Assembly (NCBI GenBank): GCA_964016885.1
Contig: OZ024741.1
Location: 255,564,001 to 255,628,000, forward strand
Direction: 5' to 3'
DNA length: 64,000 nt
Source: Eledone cirrhosa
Lineage: Eukaryota
Within the stretch, counting starts at the first letter, position 1. Every line of letters starts with the position of its first letter. A program made the translations under genes and the position numbers. Shown piece by piece: positions 54,564 to 64,000 of this stretch. The notes beneath the pieces were generated by a model that was not told the DNA's origin, did no database searches, and saw nothing but the letters and a program-made list of their open reading frames with translations.

Positions 54564-57500
54564 TACGAGTGTTTCGACTTACGAGTGTTTCGACATACGA
54601 GTGTTTCGGCTTACGAGTGTTTTGATTTACAAGTGTTTTGACTTACGGGTGCTTCGACTTACGCGTGTTTCGACTTACGAGTGTTTCGACTTACGAGTGT
54701 TTCGGCTTATGAGTGTTTTGACTTACGAATGTTTTGACTTACGATTGTTTCGGCTTACGAGTGTTTCGACTTACGAGTGTTCTGACTACGAGTGTTCTGA
54801 CTTACGGGTGTTCTGACTTACGAGTGTTCTGACTTACGAGTGTTTCGGCTTATGAGTGTTTCGACTTACGAGTGCTTCGACTTACGAGTGTTTCGGCTTA
54901 CGGGTGTTTCGACTTACGAATGTTTTTGCTTACGAGTGTTTCGGCTTACGAGTGTTTCGGCTTATGAGTGTTTCGACTTACGAGTGTTTTGACTTACGGG
55001 TGTTTTGACATACGAGTGTTTCGATACGATTGTTCTGACTTACGAGTGTTTCCGCTTACGAGTGTTTCGGCTTACGAGTGTTTCGACTTACTAATGTTTT
55101 TACTTACGAATGTTTCGGTGTACGAGTGTTTCGACTTACGAGTGTTTCGACTTACGAGTGTTTCGACTTACGAGTGTTTCGACTTACGAGTGTTTTGGCT
55201 TACGAATGTTTTGACTTACGGGTGTTTCGACTTACGAGTGTTTCGACTTATGAGTGTTTCGACTTACGAGTGTTTCGGCTTATGAGTGTTTCGACTTACG
55301 AGTGCTTCGGCTTACGAGTGTTTCGACTTACGAGTATTTCGGCTTACGAGTGTTTCGACGTACGAATGTTTTGGCTTACGAGTGTTTCGGCTTATGAGTG
55401 TTTCGGCTTACGAGTGTTTCGACTTACGAGTGTTTCGGCTTACGAGTGTTTCAGTGTTTCGGCTTACGTGTGTTTCGACTTACGAGTGTTTCGACTTACG
55501 ACTGTTTCGGCTTACGAGTGTTTCGGCTTACGAGTGTTTCGGCTTACGAGTGTTTTGACTTACGATTGTTTGGCTTACGAGTGTTCTGACTTACGGGTGT
55601 TCTGACTTACGAGTGTTCCGACTTACGAGTGTTTCGGCTTATGAGGGTTTCGACTTACGAGTGCTTCGGCTTACGAGTGTTTCGACTTACGAGTGTTTCG
55701 GCTTACGAGTGTTTCGACTTACGAGTGTTTTGACTTACGGTGTTTCGGCTTACGAGTGTTTCGACATACGAGTGTTTTGACGTACGGGTGTTTCGACTTA
55801 CGGGTCTTTCGACTTAAGAGTTTTTCGACTTACGAGCGCTTCGACTTACGAGTGTTTCGACTTACGAGTGTTTCGGCATATGAGTGTTTTGACTTACGAG
55901 TGTTTCGACTTACGAGTGTTTCGACTTACGAGTGTTTCGAATTACGAGTCTTTCGACTTACGAGTGTTTTGACTTACGAGTGTTTTGACTTACGGTGTTT
56001 CTGCTTACGAGTGTTTCGACTTTCGAGTGTTATGACTTACGGGTGTTTTGACATACGAGTGTTTCGACTTACGAGTCTTACGGCTTACGAGTGTTTCGAC
56101 TTACTAATGTTTTTACTTACGAGTGTTTCGGCGTACGAGTGTTTCGACTTCCGAGTGTTTCGACTTACAGGTGTTTTGACTTACGGGTGTTTCGGCTTAC
56201 GAGTGTTTTGACTTACGAGTGTTCTGATTTACGGATGTTTCGACATACGAGTGTTCTGACTTACGAGTGTTCCGACTTACGAGTGTTCCGACTTACGAGT
56301 GTTTCGGCTTACGAGTGTTTCCGGCTTACGAGTGTTTCGACTTACGAGTGTTTTGACTTACGGTGTTTCGGCTTACGAGTGATTCGACTTACGAGTGTTT
56401 TGACTTACGAGTGTTTCGACTTACGAGTGTTTTGACTTACGAATGTTTTGACTTACGGGTGTTTCGTCTTACGAGTGTTTCGACTTACGAGTGTTTCGGC
56501 TTGCGAGTGTTTCGACTTACTAATGTTTTCACTTACGAGTGTTTAGGCGTACGAGTGTTTCGACTTACGAGTGTTTCGACTTACGGGTGTTTTGACTTAC
56601 GGGTGTTTCGGCTTACCAGTGTTTCGACTTACGAGTGATTTGACTTAAGGGTGTTTCGACATACGAGTGTTTCGACTTACGAGTGTTTCGACTTACGCGT
56701 GTTTCGGATTACGAGTGTTTTGACTTCAGGGTGTTTAGACTTACGAGTGTTTCGATACGAGTGTTTCGACTTACGAGTGTTCTGACTTACGAGTATTCTG
56801 ATTTACGGATGTTTCGACACACGAGTGTTTCGAATTACGAGTGTTTCGACTTACGAGTGTTTTGACTTACGGGTGTTTTGACATACGAGTGTTCTGACTT
56901 ACGAGTGTTCTGACTTACGAGTGTTCTGATTTACGGATGTTTCGACACACGAGTGTTTCGATACGAGTGTTTCGACTTACGAGTGTTTCGACTTATGAGT
57001 GTTTCGACTTACGAGTGTTCTGACTTACGAGTGTTCTGACTTACGAGTGTTCCGACTTACGAGTGTTTCGGTTTACGAGTGTTTCGACATACGAGTGTTT
57101 TGACTTACGGGTGTTTCGACTTACGGGTGTTTCGACTTACGAGTGTTTTGGCTTACGAGTGTTTCGACTTACTAATGTTTTTACTTACGAGTGTTTCGGT
57201 GTACGAATGTTTTGACTTAAGGATGTTTCGACTTACGAGTGTTTCGACTTACGAGTGTTTCGGCTTACGTGAGTTTCGACTTAAGATTGTTCTGATTTAC
57301 GAGTGTTCTGACTTACGAGTGTTTCGGCTTATGAGTGTTTCGACTTACGAGTGTTTCGGCTTACGAGTGTTTCGACTTATGGGTGTTTCGACTTACGAGT
57401 GTTTTTACTTACGGTGTTTCGGCTTACGAGTGTTTCGACATACGAGTGTTTTGACTTACGGGTGTTTCGGCTTACGAGTGTTTCGACTTACGAGTGTTTT

Positions 57501-60500
57501 GACTTACGGGTGTTTCGACTTACGAGTATTTTTGGCTTACGAGTGTTTCGACTTACGAGTGTTTTGACTTACGAGTGTTCTGATTTACGGATGTTTCGAC
57601 ATACGAGTGTTTCGACTTACGAGTGTTTCGACTTATGAGTGTTTCGACTTACGAGTGTTTCGGCTTACGAGTGTTTCGACTTACGAGTGTTTTGACTTAC
57701 GGTGTTTCGGCTTACGAGTGTTTCGACTTACGAGTGTTTTGACTTACGGGTGTTTTGACATACGAGTGTTTCGATACGAGTGTTCTGACTTACGAGTGTT
57801 CTGACTTACGAGTGTTTTGACTTACGAGTGTTCTGACTTACGAGTGTTCCGACTTACGAGTGTTCCGACTTACGAGTGTTTCGGCTTACGAGTGTTTACG
57901 GCTTACGAGTGTTTCGACTTCCGAGTGTTTTGACTTACGGTGTTTCGGCTTACGAGTGATTCGACTTACGAGTGTTTTGACTTACGGGTGATTTGACTTA
58001 CGGGTGTTGTGAATTACGAGTGTTCCGATTTACTAGTGTTTTGACTTACGGTGTTTCGGCTTACGAGTGATTCGACTTACGAATGTTTTGACTTACGGCT
58101 GTTTCGGCTTGCGAGTGTTTCGACTTACGAGTGTTTCGGCTTATGGGTGTTTCGACTTACTAATGTTTTTACTTACGAGTGTTTCGGCGTACGAGTGTTT
58201 TGACTTACGAGTGTTTCGACTTACGAGTGTTTCGACTTACGAGTCTTTCGGCTTACGTGAGTTTCGACTTAAGAGTGTTCTGATTTACGAGTGTTCTGAC
58301 TTGCGGGTGTTCTGATTTACGAGTGTTCCGACTTACGAGTGTTTCGGCTTATTAGTGTTTCGACTTACGAGTGTTTCGGCTTACGAGTGTTTCGACTTAT
58401 GGGTGTTTCGACTTACGAGTGTTTTTACTTACGGTGTTTCGGCTTACGAGTGTTTTGACTTACGAATGTTTTGACTTACGGGTGTTTCGGCTTACGAGTG
58501 TTTCGACTTACGAGTGTTTCGGCTTACGAGTGTTTCGACTTACTAATGTTCTTACTTACGAGTGTTTCGGCGTACGAGAGTTTTGACTTACGAGTGTTTC
58601 GACTTACGAGTGTTTCGACTTACGAGTGTTTTAACTTACGAATGTTTTGACTTACGGGTGTTTCGGCTTACGAGTGTTTCGACTTACGAGTCTTTCGGCT
58701 TACGAGTGTTTCGACTTACTAATGTTTTTACTTACGAGTGTTTCGGCGTACGAGTGTTTCGACTTACGAGTGTTTCGACTTACGGGTGTTTTGACTTACG
58801 GGTGTTTCGGCTTACGAGTGTTTTGACTTACGAGTGTTTTGACTTAAGGGTGTTTCGACTTACGAGTATTTTTGGCTTACGAGTGTTTCGACTTACGAGT
58901 GTTTTGACTTACGAGTGTTCTGATTTACGGATGTTTCGACATACGAGTGTTTCGACTTACGAGTGTTTCGACATACGAGTGTTTCGGCTTACGAGTGTTT
59001 TGATTTACAAGTGTTTTGACTTACGGGTGCTTCGACTTACGCGTGTTTCGACTTACGAGTGTTTCGACTTACGAGTGTTTCGGCTTATGAGTGTTTTGAC
59101 TTACGAATGTTTTGACTTACGATTGTTTCGGCTTACGAGTGTTTCGACTTACGAGTGTTCTGACTACGAGTGTTCTGACTTACGGGTGTTCTGACTTACG
59201 AGTGTTCTGACTTACGAGTGTTTCGGCTTATGAGTGTTTCGACTTACGAGTGCTTCGACTTACGAGTGTTTCGGCTTACGGGTGTTTCGACTTACGAATG
59301 TTTTTGCTTACGAGTGTTTCGGCTTACGAGTGTTTCGGCTTATGAGTGTTTCGACTTACGAGTGTTTTGACTTACGGGTGTTTTGACATACGAGTGTTTT
59401 GATACGATTGTTCTGACTTACGAGTGTTTCCGCTTACGAGTGTTTCGGCTTACGAGTGTTTCGACTTACTAATGTTTTTACTTACGAGTGTTTCGGTGTA
59501 CGAGTGTTTCGACTTACGAGTGTTTCGACTTACGAGTGTTTCGACTTACGAGTGTTTCGACTTACGAGTGTTTTGGCTTACGAATGTTTTGACTTACGGG
59601 TGTTTCGACTTACGAGTGTTTCGACTTATGAGTGTTTCGACTTACGAGTGTTTCGGCTTATGAGTGTTTCGACTTACGAGTGCTTCGGCTTACGAGTGTT
59701 TCGACTTACGAGTATTTCGGCTTACGAGTGTTTCGACGTACGAATGTTTTGGCTTACGAGTGTTTTGGCTTATGAGTGTTTCGGCTTACGAGTGTTTCGA
59801 CTTACGAGTGTTTCGGCTTACGAGTGTTTCAGTGTTTCGGCTTACGTGTGTTTCGACTTACGAGTGTTTCGACTTACGACTGTTTCGGCTTACGAGTGTT
59901 TCGGCTTACGAGTGTTTCGGCTTACGAGTGTTTTGACTTACGATTGTTTGGCTTACGAGTGTTCTGACTTACGGGTGTTCTGACTTACGAGTGTTCCGAC
60001 TTACGAGTGTTTCGGCTTATGAGGGTTTCGACTTACGAGTGCTTCGGCTTACGAGTGTTTCGACTTACGAGTGTTTCGGCTTACGAGTGTTTCGACTTAC
60101 GAGTGTTTTGACTTACGGTGTTTCGGCTTACGAGTGTTTCGACATACGAGTGTTTTGACGTACGGGTGTTTCGACTTACGGGTCTTTCGACTTAAGAGTT
60201 TTTCGACTTACGAGCGCTTCGACTTACGAGTGTTTCGACTTACGAGTGTTTCGGCATATGAGTGTTTTGACTTACGAGTGTTTCGACTTACGAGTGTTTC
60301 GACTTACGAGTGTTTCGAATTACGAGTCTTTCGACTTACGAGTGTTTTGACTTACGAGTGTTTTGACTTACGGTGTTTCTGCTTACGAGTGTTTCGACTT
60401 TCGAGTGTTATGACTTACGGGTGTTTTGACATACGAGTGTTTCGACTTACGAGTCTTACGGCTTACGAGTGTTTCGACTTACTAATGTTTTTACTTACGA

Positions 60501-63020
60501 GTGTTTCGGCGTACGAGTGTTTCGACTTCCGAGTGTTTCGACTTACAGGTGTTTTGACTTACGGGTGTTTCGGCTTACGAGTGTTTTGACTTACGAGTGT
60601 TTTGACTTAAGGGTGTTTCGACTTACGAGTATTTTTGGCTTACGAGTGTTTCGACTTACGAGTGTTTTGACTTACGAGTGTTCTGATTTACGGATGTTTC
60701 GACATACGAGTGTTCTGACTTACGAGTGTTCCGACTTACGAGTGTTCCGACTTACGAGTGTTTCGGCTTACGAGTGTTTCCGGCTTACGAGTGTTTCGAC
60801 TTACGAGTGTTTTGACTTACGGTGTTTCGGCTTACGGGTGATTCGACTTACGAGTGTTTTGACTTACGAGTGTTTCGACTTACGAGTGTTTTGACTTAAG
60901 AATGTTTTGACTTACGGGTGTTTCGGCTTACGAGTGTTTCGACTTACGAGTGTTTCGGCTTGCGAGTGTTTCGACTTACTAATGTTTTTACTTACGAGTG
61001 TTTAGGCGTACGAGTGTTTCGAATTACGAGTGTTTCGACTTACGAGTGTTTTGACTTACGGGTGTTTTGACATACGAGTGTTCTGACTTACGAGTGTTCT
61101 GACTTACGAGTGTTCTGATTTACGGATGTTTCGACACACGAGTGTTTCGATACGAGTGTTTCGACTTACGAGTGTTTCGACTTATGAGTGTTTCGACTTA
61201 CGAGTGTTCTGACTTACGAGTGTTCTGACTTACGAGTGTTCCGACTTACGAGTGTTTCGGTTTACGAGTGTTTCGACATACGAGTGTTTTGACTTACGGG
61301 TGTTTCGACTTACGGGTGTTTCGACTTACGAGTGTTTTGGCTTACGAGTGTTTCGACTTACTAATGTTTTTACTTACGAGTGTTTCGGTGTACGAATGTT
61401 TTGACTTAAGGATGTTTCGACTAACGAGTGTTTCGACTTACGAGTGTTTCGGCTTACGTGAGTTTCGACTTAAGATTGTTCTGATTTACGAGTGTTCTGA
61501 CTTACGAGTGTTTCGGCTTATGAGTGTTTCGACTTACGAGTGTTTCGGCTTACGAGTGTTTCGACTGATGGGTGTTTCGACTTACGAGTGTTTTTACTTA
61601 CGGTGTTTCGGCTTACGAGTGTTTCGACATACGAGTGTTTTGACTTACGGGTGTTTCGGCTTACGAGTGTTTCGACTTACGAGTGTTTTGACTTACGGGT
61701 GTTTCGACTTACGAGTATTTTTGGCTTACGAGTGTTTCGACTTACGAGTGTTTTGACTTACGAGTGTTCTGATTTACGGATGTTTCGACATACGAGTGTT
61801 TCGACTTACGAGTGTTTCGACTTATGAGTGTTTCGACTTACGAGTGTTTCGGCTTACGAGTGTTTCGACTTACGAGTGTTTTGACTTACGGTGTTTCGGC
61901 TTACGAGTGTTTCGACTTACGAGTGTTTTGACTTACGGGTGTTTTGACATACGAGTGTTTCGATACGAGTGTTCTGACTTACGAGTGTTCTGACTTACGA
62001 GTGTTTTGACTTACGAGTGTTCTGACTTACGAGTGTTCCGACTTACGAGTGTTCCGACTTACGAGTGTTTCGGCTTACGAGTGTTTACGGCTTACGAGTG
62101 TTTCGACTTCCGAGTGTTTTGACTTACGGTGTTTCGGCTTACGAGTGATTCGACTTACGAATGTTTTGACTTACGGCTGTTTCGGCTTGCGAGTGTTTCG
62201 ACTTACGAGTGTTTCGGCTTATGGGTGTTTCGACTTACTAATGTTTTTACTTACGAGTGTTTCGGCGTACGAGTGTTTTGACTTACGAGTGTTTCGACTT
62301 ACGAGTGTTTCGACTTACGAGTCTTTCGGCTTACGTGAGTTTCGACTTAAGAGTGTTCTGATTTACGAGTGTTCTGACTTGCGGGTGTTCTGATTTACGA
62401 GTGTTCCGACTTACGAGTGTTTCGGCTTATTAGTGTTTCGACTTACGAGTGTTTCGGCTTACGAGTGTTTCGACTTATGGGTGTTTCGACTTACGAGTGT
62501 TTTTACTTACGGTGTTTCGGCTTACGAGTGTTTTGACTTACGAATGTTTTGACTTACGGGTTTTTCGGCTTACGAGTGTTTCGACTTACGAGTGTTTCGG
62601 CTTACGAGTGTTTCGACTTACTAATGTTCTTACTTACGAGTGTTTCGGCGTACGAGAGTTTTGACTTACGAGTGTTTCGACTTACGAGTGTTTCGACTTA
62701 CGAGTGTTTTAACTTACGAATGTTTTGACTTACGGGTGTTTCGGCTTACGAGTGTTTCGACTTACGAGTGTTTCGGCTTACGAGTGTTTCGACTTACTAA
62801 TGTTTTTACTTACGAGTGTTTCGGCGTACGAGTGTTTCGACTTACGAGTGTTTCGACTTACGGGTGTTTTGACTTACGGGTGTTTCGGCTTACGAGTGTT
62901 TTGACTTACGAGTGTTTTGACTTAAGGGTGTTTCGACTTACGAGTATTTTTGGCTTACGAGTGTTTCGACTTACGAGTGTTTTGACTTACGAGTGTTCTG
63001 ATTTACGGATGTTTCGACAT
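54564..63020 (+). repeat. ~4.1-4.4-kb tandem duplication with internal indels (junction ~58942)
   Basis: Offsets are 4,378 (55078/59456, 55693/60071), 4,189 (57079/61268) and 4,078 (58371/62449). The copies share the rare variants GATTTACAAG, GGCATATGAG and GAATTACGAGTCTT. Confidence 0.85.
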
Positions 63021-64000
63021 ACGAGTGTTTCGACTTACGAGTGTTTCGACTTATGACTGTTTCGACTTACGAGTGTTTCGGCTTATGAGTGTTTCGACTT
63101 ACGAGTGCTTCTGCTTACGAGTGTTTCGACTTACGAGTATTTCGGCTTTCGAGTGTTTCGACGTAAGAATGTTTTGGCTTACGAGTGTTTCGGCTTATGA
63201 GTGTTTCGGCCTACGAGTGTTTCGACTTACGAGTGTTTCGGCTTACGAGTGTTTCAGTGTTTCGGCTTACGTGTGTTTCGACTTACGAGTGTTTCGACTT
63301 ACGACTGTTTCGGCTTACGAGTGTTTCGGCTTACGAGTGTTTCGACTTACGAGTGTTTTGACTTACGAATGTTTTGACTTACGGGTGTTTCGGCTTACGA
63401 GTGTTTCGACTTACGATTCTTTCGGCTTACGAGTGTTTCGACTTACTAATGTTTTTACTTACGAGTGTTTCGGCGTACGAGTGTTTCGACTTACGAGTGT
63501 TTCGACTTACGGGTGTTTTGACTTACGGGTGTTTCGGCTTACGAGTGTTTTGACTTACGAGTGTTTTGACTTAAGGGTGTTTCGACTTACGAGTATTTTT
63601 GGCTTACGAGTGTTTCGACTTACGAGTGTTTTGACTTACGAGTGTTCTGATTTACGGATGTTTCGACATACGAGTGTTTCGACTTACGAGTGTTTCGACT
63701 TACTAATGTTCTTACTTACGAGTGTTTCGGTGTACGAGAGTTTTGACTTACGAGTGTTTCGACTTACGAGTGTTTCGACTTTCGAGTGTTTTGACTTACG
63801 AATGTTTTGACTTACGGGTGTTTCGGCTAACGAGTGTTTCGACTTACGAGTCTTTCGGCTTACGAGTGTTTCGACTTACTAATGTTTTTACTTACGAGTG
63901 TTTCGGCGTACGAGTGTTTCGACTTACGAGTGTTTCGACTTACGGGTGTTTTGACTTACGGGTGTTTCGGCTTACGAGTGTTTTGACTTACGAGTGTTTT

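Larger units (their letters stand above)
1..64000 (+). repeat. 16-bp tandem satellite array, consensus GACTTACGAGTGTTTC, ~3,900 monomers, open at both window ends
   Basis: Continuous 16-bp periodicity. Recurrent substitution variants: TTTTGAC, TTCTGAC, TTCCGAC, TTTCGGC, TACGGGT, TATGAGT, TACGAAT, GACATAC. Length variants of 14 bp (GATACG), 15 bp (TACGGTG), 17 bp (CTTTACG, TTTCCGG, TATTTTTGG) and an 8-bp remnant (TTTCAGTGTTTC). Confidence 0.99.

Noticed and set aside
30-63810. Hundreds of + strand ORFs (LRVFRLTSVSTYECFD repeats, up to 261 aa)
   Set aside because: The consensus 16-mer has no stop codon on the + strand, so three monomers give a 16-aa period in all frames. The minus strand contains TAA in most monomers, which explains the absence of minus-strand ORFs. 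TGA-creating variants and frameshifting 14/15/17-bp monomers are abundant, so there is no coding constraint.
1-64000. CRISPR array
   Set aside because: There are no unique spacers, monomers abut directly, and no cas genes are present. The 69-bp element is constant and separated by kilobases of satellite.

Overview
The entire 64-kb window is one head-to-tail satellite array of a 16-bp monomer (consensus GACTTACGAGTGTTTC, roughly 3,900 copies). I saw no inversion. There are no credible genes: every listed ORF is a translation of the repeat. The only non-monomer sequence is a 69-bp AT-rich element present 21 times in the same orientation and the same flanking cassette, nearly invariant (one SNP, in two copies). 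Rare monomer variants act as barcodes and reveal nested higher-order structure: an inferred ~13-kb ancestral unit carrying 4 elements, a 15,619-bp tandem duplication with no difference I could find, an older 8,016-bp duplication, a ~4.1-4.4-kb duplication that excludes the element, ~2.7-kb and ~1.76-kb units, and a 269-bp unit. This architecture resembles eukaryotic (peri)centromeric or heterochromatic satellite, but the host and function cannot be determined from the sequence. All coordinates and comparisons were made by eye and from ORF-track offsets, not by computed alignment.
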